Shown here: in pieces, positions 12,130 through 23,806 of the stretch
Numbering within the stretch: the stretch's first letter is position 1
How the letters are laid out: every line of letters starts with the position of its first letter
NCBI GenBank assembly: GCA_951406725.2
Contig: OX597816.1
Coordinates: 166,718,001-166,782,000, forward strand
Length of the DNA stretch: 64,000 nt
Reading direction: 5' to 3'
Source of the DNA: Octopus vulgaris
Taxonomy: Eukaryota
Notes under the pieces: model-generated
Databases searched by the model: none
The model's input: the letters and a program-made list of their open reading frames with translations, nothing else
Told to the model about the DNA's origin: nothing
Program-made: the position numbers and the translations under genes

Positions 12130-13791
12130 TTAGAGTATGTTTAGTTGTGGTCTGTATTTTTGAATAAGATTACTTTCCTTATTTATTCGTGTTTGGTCTG
12201 TGGTGTTGTCCGAGCATTGGTATAGTGGGAAGACTAAGAATTTGGGGGACTTATTGTGTGCACAAAGGTCTAAGTGTCCACTTAGTGGTATCTGTCTTGT
12301 GGAGGGGTCCCTCAGTTGTTGTCGGTGAACTGTCATTCTTTCTCTGAGGGTAAGGCTCGTTTGCCCTATGTAGTCTTCGTGGCATCCTTCACACCTTATG
12401 ACGTAGAGTAAATTTTTTGATGCGCACGTGAAATTATTTTTTATGATGAATGTGTGTCCCGAGTGGAACTTGTACGACGATCCCTCAATGAGGTGGATGC
12501 AGGTCTTGCAATTGGGGCGACCACATTTTTTGATGGTGGGCGGTGGGTTTGTGTTGTGTAATTTTGCATTGGTGAGGAGGTTTTTTAGGGATTTAGGTTG
12601 TCTCTTACTTTTTATTATTTTATGAGCTGCCAGTATTTTTTTCAGGCGTGGGTCTTGATTTAGTTGTGGAATGTTGTTGTATATAATAGTGTAAGCTTCT
12701 GCATTCCTTGGGTTGTGTGTTGAGAGATAGGGGAGGCTATTTACTGTACTGTGGATGTGTTTGGGTTTTCGTAGGTCTTGAATGTTGATTGATTTGGCCC
12801 GTTCTATTCCGTTGTCTACTAGTGATGCCGGGTAATGTCTTTCGAGAAGAATTGCCCTTAGTTCCCGGAGTCTTCTATTTCGTGTTGTGTCATTTGAGAC
12901 AATAGTGCAGATTCTTCTCGCTAGGTTGAAGGGGATATTTGTCTTTGTGTGTTTTGGGTGATTGGAGGTGAATAGAAGGTATTGTTTAGAGTCAGTGGGT
13001 TTGTAATGGATGTCAGTTTCAATGTTGACGCCTTTTTTAATGATTAGGATGTCAAGAAAAGGGAGTTGGTCCTGACTATATTCCATTGTGAATTGAATGT
13101 TGTTATTAACACTGTTGATAAGGTTTTTGAAGTCTTTAAGTTGGTCGAGTGTGTGGGACCATAGGATGAGGCAATCATCTAAGTAGCGTTTCCAGTTCTC
13201 CAACAGGTATTTGTGGAAAGACTGGCCGTACTTATATTTGGATTTTTCATAGATATGTGATTCCAGGTAGGCCATCACCAGGTTTGCATAGGTAGGTGCA
13301 ACTTTCGTACCCATTGCAGTTCCTGAGACCTGTCTGTAAGTGTTGTTGTGGAAATACATGAAGTTGTTTTGCAGAATAAATTTGAGGCCCTCAATTATGA
13401 ATTCTTTTTTAATTCTTTCCGGGATCTCATTGGGATATTTATCCAGCCAGAATTTAATGGCTTCCAGTCCATATTCATGTGGGATTGTGGTGTAAAGATT
13501 AATAACATCAAAAGAAACGATTAAGGTGTCTTTATCGGCATGTTTGGGGAGATGATTTAATAGGTCCAGGTCATCTCTTACAATACTTGGAATGTGTTTC
13601 AGTATTGGCTTTAAGATGATATCTATAAAGTTGCTAAGTCTGTGTGTTTCACAACTTGGGCCTGCCACTATTGGTCTCAGTTTGAGATCAGTGGGATGTG
13701 GTATAGTGATGCAGGTTGAAGTGGACTTTTTGCAAGCTTCTGTGATAATTTGACTCTTGTGTATTTTTGTGACCAGCAGGCACACGGACAC
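12130..13791 (-). CDS. Penelope-like polyprotein: reverse transcriptase + Cys-rich linker + GIY-YIG endonuclease (N-terminally truncated; first few codons come from the inverted segment)
   Basis: KIHKS, LRPIVAG, SFDVINLYT, YRQVSGTAMGT, RYLDD, LPFLDI, YKPTD, CGRPNCKTC, LLYVIRC..C..YIGQT...RERM..H; 553 aa uninterrupted. Confidence 0.95.
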   Translation of the reverse strand: MSVCLLVTKIHKSQIITEACKKSTSTCITIPHPTDLKLRPIVAGPSCETHRLSNFIDIILKPILKHIPSIVRDDLDLLNHLPKHADKDTLIVSFDVINLYTTIPHEYGLEAIKFWLDKYPNEIPERIKKEFIIEGLKFILQNNFMYFHNNTYRQVSGTAMGTKVAPTYANLVMAYLESHIYEKSKYKYGQSFHKYLLENWKRYLDDCLILWSHTLDQLKDFKNLINSVNNNIQFTMEYSQDQLPFLDILIIKKGVNIETDIHYKPTDSKQYLLFTSNHPKHTKTNIPFNLARRICTIVSNDTTRNRRLRELRAILLERHYPASLVDNGIERAKSINIQDLRKPKHIHSTVNSLPYLSTHNPRNAEAYTIIYNNIPQLNQDPRLKKILAAHKIIKSKRQPKSLKNLLTNAKLHNTNPPPTIKKCGRPNCKTCIHLIEGSSYKFHSGHTFIIKNNFTCASKNLLYVIRCEGCHEDYIGQTSLTLRERMTVHRQQLRDPSTRQIPLSGHLDLCAHNKSPKFLVFPLYQCSDNTTDQTRINKESNLIQKYRPQLNIL

Positions 13792-14471
13792 ATCTATTCA
13801 CACCCGCATACTCACCTCCCAATAACCCCAAAATCACTGATGCTTGAAGGGGAAGTATAAACCAAACTGGGTACATATCTTTTTTTCTCTCAATTCAACT
13901 TTTCTGCTAAAACAAACAGGTCAGTAAAAAACAAATTCTCGCCTTCGATTCAAAATATTCTGAGATGTCTAAAATATCCATTTTAATTTTCTCTGTCAAT
14001 ATTACAAGCTTTCTCACCAAACTATTACACTTCCTTATGTCTTTAACATGTCCTTTCTACCAAAGACTGTATATATATACATGTAATGTGACAATTTGCG
14101 ACAACCAATAATTAACGCAACCAAATTTCCAATAATATATTTGTTTTATTCTTTTCTGCCAATTTTTCCAAATATTCTCATCACACTATTGAACTTTTTT
14201 ATACTATATTTATACATGTAATGTGACAATTATGTATAAAAAAACATTTTTGAATTCATAATATTCAATGTGACAATTATGTAAAAAACTTTTTTTGAAC
14301 CCATAATATTCAATGTTACTTTTGACAATCTTTTACCAAAGAGTGAAACCGGTTAAGTAAATAAACATCGTTTAAATTGCATTTTCAAACCTTTTTTCAT
14401 ATATATATATATATATATATATATGATTTTTTTCCCTGTCTTCCCTTCTCGGGATCTTTCTTTTTCCTATG

Positions 14472-14504
14472 TTTCCGACGAAGAGCTCCGCTCGAAACGT
14501 CAAA
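14472..14504 (+). ncRNA. Minimal hammerhead motif (GAGC/GCTC family)
   Basis: TTT-CCGACGA-AGAGC-TCC-GCTC-GAAA-CG-TC-AAA. Confidence 0.55.
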
Positions 14505-14600
14505 TCCCTCCTTCTTCCCTTCTTTCCTGAGCGTCCAATAATACTTTATTTGTTCCACGTCCTTGCGTTGTTTTTTTGTTTTTGTTTTCTTGTTTGGATC

Positions 14601-14662
<62 letters not shown>

Positions 14663-14923
14663 GTATATATATATGTATATATATATGTATATATATATGT
14701 ATATATATATATATATATATATCGCCATGATAGATCGCTAGCCACTAAACCTTTTTCTATTTTCTCTCGCTGTTTATTTCTGTGTACCTTTCTGTCGAAG
14801 AGCATAGGTTCGAAACGTAAAAGACTTTCTCACTTCCCGAGCGTTAAACTAATACATCTGTTTGTTGTTTACACACCCGTCTTCGTCTTTTGTTTCGTTT
14901 CGTTTTGTTTTTTGTTTGTAAAT

Positions 14924-15007
<84 letters not shown>

Positions 15008-15081
15008 CAGTAACAATCTTGCTCATTTGTTTTAAGAACACCACCGAATGTTAGATAACAGATCAATTTCTATTTCAATAG

Positions 15082-15197
15082 ATCAGATAGTGTAACAATT
15101 TCAACTAAAGCACACATTCCTATTGCCAAGATAGAAATGAGTAACCTAACCACGGGGGAGTATGCCCGGTTTGATGTAGAACCTCTTATCTGTCTGA
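15082..15197 (+). CDS. Exon 5: SDSVTISTKAHIPIAKIEMSNLTTGEYARFDVEPLICL
   Basis: aatag| ... |gtaagt, phase 2-1, K..IP and PL.C end-of-module motifs. Confidence 0.82.
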
Positions 15198-16098
15198 GTA
15201 AGTACATTCTTGAGGTATTTCTGTTCCTTTTTTTGTTTTGTTTTCTTTTTAGGGTGGGAGTTTGCGTAAACTAACTTGCATAGATACCATTATTACTGGT
15301 GGTGTTCTTACTATTTATTATTGTTGTTGTTGTAGTTGTTGTTATTTAAAAAAAATTTATCATCATCATCATCATCATGTGTGCGCGACAAGGTGATCTT
15401 ATTTCAAGATAAACAGCGCATGACTTTGCAGGTGGGGCCCAGTCAAAGTATTCTTCGGGTCGAGTAGTCCATCCCGCTCAAAAGGTCCCTGAATAAGGGT
15501 TGTTCAAGTATGTTGAACGAAACACCGATGTTTCCAAAGGTGAATATGTATCCAGAGGTAAATTATCCCAACCCCAAAGAATTCCTCTCAACATATGGCT
15601 ATGATACTCCCCCACTACTTCTGCTCTTGATTGGAGATGCACATATCGTCAGCCACTAAGGGACATGCTCAACTGGTTATGGTCAAACAACCAGACAAAC
15701 AAATCTGTATTATTGAGCAAAATATTTGCTGTAGCCCATCTTTTATACCAAGACAAACCAATGTACATGATGACACTCCGAATCAGTTAAGATCAGAAGC
15801 CATGAGAGCCACTGCCTGGTAATGCATATTCATTATTATTATTATTATCTATTTATGAAAGACTCTCGGATAGTTCTTATTTACCGGTTATTCTTCACTT
15901 GAAATCAAGCAACTACAAATCACCAAAGCTTTCAAGTAGTGCCTTCTCCTGTGACTCAAAGAGACAATACTCTCCTTAGAATACAAGCTGTACCCAATGA
16001 CTGAAACAAGTAAAATAATAAAAGATTACACTGGAAAGAGAAAGCCCTTCACGGAGAGTCTTTCAAGCAAATATTGGACGCTTATTATTATTATTATT

Positions 16099-16166
<68 letters not shown>

Positions 16167-16179
16167 TATTATTATTATT

Positions 16180-17335
16180 ATTGCCTTTGCACAGCTTTTA
16201 ACGCTGGAGATGTATTACAGTGTCAGCTGTTCACCAATGAACTAAATGAACACCAATGAACTAAAGTAACACCTCTTCTTTTTCTAACACCTTCTGGAGT
16301 ATTCGAGCGGTTCCAAGCAGTGCTGTTTTCTGCAAGTGCTCCACCATTATTGCAGCCCCTATTTGTTACTCGTACTTCTCGAGATTTTTGCTCACTGTTC
16401 CCAGGGCTCCGACAATTATTGGTACTACTGCTACCTGTTTCATCGACCACAACTGCTTAACTTCCCAAGCTAACCTGTCATATCTCTCCAATTTTCTTTT
16501 TTCCTTATCGCATACCTTGTTGTCAGCTGGGCATGCTATATCTATGATCCAGCGTAGTTTGTTTTCTTTCTCAGTTAAAACTATGTCTGGCTTCCTATTC
16601 TCTATCTCATGGTTGCACTGAATCATAACATCCCATAGGATCTTTGCATTTCTATTTTCGATTATGCCTTCAGGTTTGTGGTCGTACCAATTTTTTGCTC
16701 TGTCAAGTCCATACTTGTTGCAGAGTGTCCAATGGACAAGCCTGGTTATATTGTCGTGGCGTCTCTTATATTCCTCCTGGGCTATTGGCGTACATTGGCT
16801 GGTAATATGCCATACGGTTCACCGTTTTGTCCACAGATTCTGCACTGATCACTTTTTGCTGTGTTGTCAAATCTGTATTTTATGTAGTTTGTTCTTAGTG
16901 CTTGTTCTTGGGCCACACAGATTAGAGCCTCCGTTCCCAGTTTTAAATCACTTTTAGTCATCCACAACCATCTATTTTCTCTGTCTGTCTTATCTTCAAA
17001 ATACCTATAAAATTGACCATGCATTCGTTTCTTTACCCACCTATTTTCAATTTCATTCGTTTTCAATTTCTTGTATAGTACTTTATCTTTTGAATCTTTC
17101 ATTCTACACAAGCCTGACCTTCCTACTTCTAATAAAAGCGGTGCTGTGGTATTTTTTACATACCATGCTATGTTGTTTTCTTCTACTTTAATGCTGTGTT
17201 CGCATCCAATAAGTGTTCTTCCACCTCTTTTTCTTGGTACATACAGTCTGTCCGTGTCACTTTTGGGTGGAGTGACCCATATCTAGTTAGAAAATTCCTT
17301 GTCTTTCTGCCTAAACTGTTTAGTTCGTCTACTGC
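16180..17335 (-). pseudogene. RLE-type (R4/Dong-like) non-LTR retrotransposon 3' remnant
   Basis: MHGQF, TEALICVAQEQALRTN, CRICG zinc knuckle, NRKPDIV..IIDIACP..K..RY..L, VPIIVGALG; frameshifted. Confidence 0.88.
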
Positions 17336-17339
17336 AACG

Positions 17340-17812
17340 TATCAGGTACTGAGGAAGACTGAAAGAATTAAAACTCTTCTCCCTGGAGCGAAGGAGGGAG
17401 AGATATGCAGTGATATACATCTGGAAAATCCTAGAAGGCCTTGTACCAAACTTTGGCATTGAAAGTTACTCAAACTGCAGAACGGGGTACCGCTGCATAG
17501 TGCCAAAGATCCCAGAATTGCCATCAAAATACAGGACCAGATATTGCAACAGCTTGTGCTTCAAGGGCCCACAGCTCTTTATTATCCTTCCAAAATGCCT
17601 GAGAGACCTGCATGGTGTAGATGTGTCTTTAAGACGAAACTGGATCTCTTCCAGTTCCAGATGAGCCTACCCCACGGCAATAAACACAGATGAGGGCAAC
17701 AGCATCAAACTCCCTCATTGACCAAATGCTACATATCAGAGGAGGTTTCAAATAATGCTGTAGCTCAGTCAACGGTGGTGCCCCAGCTTGACCGCAGCTT
17801 TGAAGCTGAAAC
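17340..17812 (+). pseudogene. CR1/L2-like LINE 3' end
   Basis: RLKELKLFSLERRRERYAVIYIWKILEGLVPN, then a 3' tail resembling the SINE A tail. Confidence 0.75.
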
Positions 17813-18039
17813 ATTTTAAAATAGTTTAATAGTTATCTATAATTTTCTGTCTAAAAATGAAATATGCTATTTGGTTTGCTTGCTTTATGTATCATTGGCA
17901 GATGTATTATAGAATATGAGTAGCGCGAGATGCTAGTGTCGCATGACTAAAGCCAATAAAATAAAGCCTAAGATACGCATGAACTATTTCATTAAATAAT
18001 CTTCATTCTTTTTGTTTGTTTATTTACAATATTTTACAG

Positions 18040-18198
18040 ATATTTTGAAAAGCTGCTATGATATTATGGTCCACTTTCGCATTTATGGCAATAACCCGTT
18101 GATGAGACAATATTACACGATCGATCCGGATGGCTACGGCAATCACCCACCATTTATGGTTTACTGCAACTTTGTTGTGACGGAAGTACCGAACTCTG
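18040..18198 (+). CDS. Exon 6 (module 2): ILKSCYDI...YYTIDPDGYGNHPPFMVYCNFVVTEVPNS
   Basis: tacag| ... |gtatgt, phase 1-1, IDPDG motif. Confidence 0.9.
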
Positions 18199-18203
18199 GT
18201 ATG

Positions 18204-18236
<33 letters not shown>

Positions 18237-18579
18237 ATGTGTGTGTGTGTGTATGTGGTGTGTGTGTGTGTATGTGTGTATACACATATATCAATTTAGA
18301 TACATACCTACTATAAGGCGAGCACTAGTGTGTACGTACGCCGCTATATGTATATATAAATATTAAAAATATGGAACAACAGCGCAATAGAGAACAATGA
18401 AACATTCAGACCCCATAGATGATACAAAGGCGGACAGGAGAAACAACAATTAGAAGGACAGGCAAAAAAAGACGGGTCATTCGTGACCTTCTTTCCTCAG
18501 TCAAATTGCCAGAAGTCCTTACTGTTTCGGGCACAGTTACACTTGAGACAGTTCGATCTTGTTGCCCCTCAAAAAGTCT

Positions 18580-18661
<82 letters not shown>

Positions 18662-18947
18662 TATATATATACATTCATATATATGTATACATGCAAATAT
18701 TTATCAGCCACTCAATTAATATACATCTGATTTAAGTTCGAACTACTATAAGTTTCATGCTTCTGACAATACGGTGATCGGACAGTCTTGCATAGCATGC
18801 TGTGTATTCACTTGATGAGATACATTTTTATTGATCTCACCAATAACAAAGTACCACATTATATAAACACTTACACATAACCATTTATACATAAACACTT
18901 ATATATATATATGAGTAAAAAGCATATATATGCATGTATACTTTCAG

Positions 18948-19027
18948 TGACAGAGACAGACGGAGGAAACGGTACGACATGTTTCAATGCCAAATATACG
19001 CATGGTGTAACTCCTGAACAAATTACG
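18948..19027 (+). CDS. Exon 7: TETDGGNGTTCFNAKYTHGVTPEQIT
   Basis: ttcag| ... |gtaaga, phase 1-0, fits both neighbouring exons. Confidence 0.75.
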
Positions 19028-19127
19028 GTAAGAGAGGATTTTATTTATCTTCTTTTTATTTTCTGTAAATAAATCATTTTTGTAACATCGTCAACAGTGA
19101 AGTATAAAGTTTTGCATTTATACTTCA

Positions 19128-19167
<40 letters not shown>

Positions 19168-19742
19168 CTGTATATATATATATATATATATATATAATGG
19201 GACAAGAACGGAAAACATCCAGACAGTTAGGTGATACAAAAAAGGGACAACAAAACACCCAGATAGACGATACAAAGAAAACAAGGAAAGGGTCATTCGG
19301 AGTTTTCTTTCCTCAGTCGAGTTCCAGAAAAATCTTTGCAATTTCAGCTGGTTATAGTCGAGATTGCTCCAATTTGGTCAGCCCCAAGAAAAGACTAAGC
19401 TAAGAACATTAGATTCCTTGGAAGAAAGTAGCGAATGTATACGAAAGCAAGGACGGAAAAAACGGAGAAAGTTACACAAATACAAATAACAGGACTTAAC
19501 AACAGGTGTCTTTCGACTAAGGACGAATTAAATTAAGCTTGGGTGTGTAGAAGTAAAGCCTTACGGCAGGAATACAAGATTTCACAGGCACAGGGAAGAA
19601 TATAGATGTTGCACGGACGGCAGCCGACCCAAGAAAGAAAGGTCAGGCTTGGCCGAACACCGGTCACGTGGGGAGAGAAGAGAGAGGTAGAGGTAGAGGG
19701 ACAGAGAATTAAGGATGCATGTATATATATACATATACTGCT

Positions 19743-19773
<31 letters not shown>

Positions 19774-19927
19774 GATACTTCCTTCTCTTACACTCTTCTG
19801 TCTTACACTCTTCTGTCTTCTGTTTTCATCGACCATTCTCTTCCGGTAATTCCAAAATATAACTATATGTGGATTGTTGGCGATTTTTTCCTCCGTCTTC
19901 CTTTTCTCTTGGACTTTCCTCTGCCTC

Positions 19928-19966
19928 GTGTTTCTGAAGAAGAGCTTTGCTCGAAATATAAAACAC
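19928..19966 (+). ncRNA. Minimal hammerhead motif (GAGC/GCTC family)
   Basis: GTGTTT-CTGAAGA-AGAGC-TTT-GCTC-GAAA-TA-TA-AAACAC, perfect 6-bp stem I. Confidence 0.65.
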
Positions 19967-20019
19967 CCTTTCTTTCCCTCCCTAAGCGTCTTTTAATACT
20001 TTGCATTTTGGGGATTAAC

Positions 20020-20090
<71 letters not shown>

Positions 20091-21303
20091 TCCTTTCTAT
20101 GGTGTTTTACCCTACTGATCATATTATTATTTTTATAATTGCCTTTATGCAAGTAGACCTAATTTTGTATCCCAAGAAATTTATATTAGCTGGTATATAA
20201 TAGCACCAGTAACTTCACAACTTATAATATACCTCTTAGCTTATAATTAATATATAGTTAGCATGTTCTATCGCCCCAATATTCCTTTAATAAATGCCGG
20301 GATCAGTCTTTATAGATACCATCTAATAAGTAAATAATTAAGTATATGAATGAGTATTAAACTAATTCTATGTAATTTTTTTCTCTCCCTGTGGTTGCAA
20401 AATTTGGTATATATTCAAAATTTATCTTTTTGGTTATATTTTTCTTGATAACCCTAAATTTTATCTTTATACAACATAACAATGTTATTTAAATCAATCA
20501 CCTATAGTAACACATGATAAAATTTCCTGGGTATTATCATCATTGGTTTTATTAACGTCTTGCCCCTTTAACTGGTAATTAACATCTTGATTTAAGGTCT
20601 TCCACTACCCGATCTCATTAGAGCCAGTTACTTTGTACTACTTCAAAATAATCTTGACAAGTTTTATGATTATACCCACTATGTTCTGTCAACTTTCTCC
20701 TGCCCTCTCTTTCCTAGCGGACACAATTCCCTAGTCTTAGATTTGATAAACAAGGCTAATAAATTAAAACTGAACCAAAATCCGTGACTAGCTATGACCC
20801 CAACAAATGTTTTTCCTGGTGTCTTAGAAACTTCTAAGCTGAAGTGCTAGCAACACGAAAGCTCCTACGGAAAGAGGATCAGAGAAGCTCTAAACCAAAT
20901 TCCCTTTTTTTACTGTTTTCATTTCTCCTTTTTTCCCCCTCTTAACTCAATATGACTTTGATGATATTCATGTCTTTTCGATCACTACTAACATTAATGA
21001 GCATTGATCATTTAAACAAATTGATGTACAGTTTTAATATTATTGACTGCTATGAACATTTAAACTTGTACCTGTCCTCCTAATTCGTAATTCTAAATTT
21101 GTCTGTTATGAACATTTTAATTTGTCAACATTGAAACTTTTAAAAATGTTTTTTTCTAATTCATGATTTTAAACTTTTACCATTGATAAACAAAAAATAT
21201 TGTTGAAAATAGTTTGGTATGTATGTAAATAAATCTATTTTAAACAGTTACAAGCTTTCCGAATTTAGGTGCATTTTCAACAACAAATTTGCCTCTCTCT
21301 CTT

Positions 21304-21421
<118 letters not shown>

Positions 21422-21460
21422 TACATTCACATATACATATATACAAACACTTACATACAG

Positions 21461-21506
<46 letters not shown>

Positions 21507-21797
21507 ATATATATATATATAATATATAATAATAATAATATTAGGGAGTAAATCCAAACTTACATGGAAAAATTAGATTTAGGATTAAATCTAATTTTAC
21601 AGTATAAATATATATATTAAATTAAAGATAAAACCACTATTAGGCAAATCAAACAGTGAAAAACATAAACCAAAACAGAAAAAAATTAATTAATATAATA
21701 TACAAAATATATAAAATATAAAATTCAATTTAATATCTTATATTAAACTTTTTAATACTTTTTAATAGTTATATATATTTAAAAAAATTAAAATAAT

Positions 21798-21855
<58 letters not shown>

Positions 21856-22035
21856 TTTATAAGTATAAATTAATAATTAATTTTTTTTTAATTTTAACTT
21901 TAAATTTAAATAATTTAAATTTTGAATTTTATATTTTATATATTTTGCATATTATATTAATTAATTTTTTTCTATGTTTTGGTTTATGTTTTTCACTGTT
22001 TGATTTGCCTAATAGTGATTTTATCTCTAATTTAC

Positions 22036-22100
<65 letters not shown>

Positions 22101-22473
22101 TATATACGTATATGTGTGTGCCTGCGCTCGTCTTTTGTTTGTTAATGTCCCAATAATTTAACAGTGCAGAAGAAGGAAATTAACGGACCATGGCACAGTC
22201 CACAGGATGAAACAAATAAAAGAATAATAGACTATCTTTGCTCTTATTGCAAAAAATATTTCAGCGAACCATAACAAAAGTTTCAGTGTCTCGGCGGATA
22301 ACTTGTCACTTCATTATTCCGAGGAATGACAATGAAGACGCGATGAAAGAACTGTTCCATCATATAAGGCTAATTCCTGCAGGTGGTTCAAGCTAAGCTG
22401 GGAGGTAGGTAGGATCTTTAGAACGTTCCATTCTCTTATATTTAATGTTTCTTTCTCTCTTTCGTAATTTTAG

Positions 22474-22585
22474 GCTTTGGTTAAATATTCATCATATTGT
22501 ACTCAATATGTTAATTACCAATGCTACCGGAATCCTGGAACTGATCATATTCACTACGAAACATGTGATGGAAAAACATATCATG
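22474..22585 (+). CDS. Exon 8: ALVKYSSYCTQYVNYQCYRNPGTDHIHYETCDGKTYH
   Basis: tttag| ... |gtaggt, phase 0-1. Confidence 0.82.
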
Positions 22586-22726
22586 GTAGGTGAAGTACTA
22601 TTTTTGTTTTTTTTTTCCTGAATCGCAACGATCATGCTTAGAAGCGAGTTTTACATCGTTAAGAAAATGAGGTATAAAAAGTTCTCTTGGATATGATACG
22701 TGACTATCAGGTAACTTCACTAAGAC

Positions 22727-23733
22727 CAGGGGTTCCCAAACTCATTTTCTCTGAGCTGCATTTTCGGAATGAAAATTCTCTCGCTTCTCACCAAATTTTA
22801 GATAAAAAGTTCATTTAAAAATAAAAACAAAACAACAACTAATAGTGCGTAAAATATAATATATAACACAAATAACATATAATATGATTAAAGTACACAA
22901 ATTTAATGAAAGTTATGATCTTGTTTTTAACGAGTAATCTCCTTTACATTCAGCCTAATTTGAGATTTTTAAAAAAAACTCTCATCTCTTCATCAACACA
23001 AAGAAGACTTTTTTTTTTGGGTTTTTTTTTTTGGTTTTTGGTATTTTTCAGAACTGAAAATCTTTGTTCATGGCAATATGTCGTGGAGAACTGTGGAAGA
23101 ATGGATAATGGTTTTGAAGAGACACATGGATATTGTTTCTGGATGTATATCCAAAATGAGTCCAGTGGTACATTCTTGTGTTTCATTTTTAAGATGCGAT
23201 CACTCGAAATGTTTGCCAGTTCTTCTTATATAATGTCAGATCTAAACAGCTTGAATTTGCAAAAGGATCTCTAACCCATTCAATTTTTTTCTGTTGACAA
23301 CGATGGAAAGTAATCATAATTTTTTTCTAAAAGTGTTGCAAGATGTTCCTGTATAAGGGCATACAATTTCTTACTCGTTTTGAAACTTTTTTTATCGATG
23401 AAAACATTCCTATGTTATGTTGCATCGCTCTCTTCCGAGCCAGTGTTGAAGTTCTTTGTTTTAAATCCAGTCAGTTTATCTGTTGTCGTGATGATATTCT
23501 TAACACCGCCATGCATACTGGTATTGAACATGTTTAATCTGGAAAAGATATCGACCAAATATGCCATTTTCGAACACCAGTCATTCTCATTCAGCTGGTG
23601 AAACAATGGGTTCCCTTCTTGTTTTAAAAATGCCTTTAATTCATTCTTCAGTTCCAACACCCGATTTAAAACTTTTCTCCGAGTCAGCCAGCGAACACCC
23701 GTGTGCAGAAGTAGACAGTGGTGTTCTGATTCC

Positions 23734-23806
<73 letters not shown>

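Larger units (their letters stand above)
9989..14398 (-). mobile_element. Penelope-like retroelement (probably Neptune-type), 5'-truncated, with an inverted copy of its 3' end
   Basis: RT+GIY-YIG ORF. 9989-10617 is the reverse complement of 13770-14398. Both ends run into TA repeats. Confidence 0.92.

Noticed and set aside
12130-13791. Naiad-type selenoprotein PLE
   Set aside because: The visible ORF has no in-frame TGA codons, and I recognised no SECIS.
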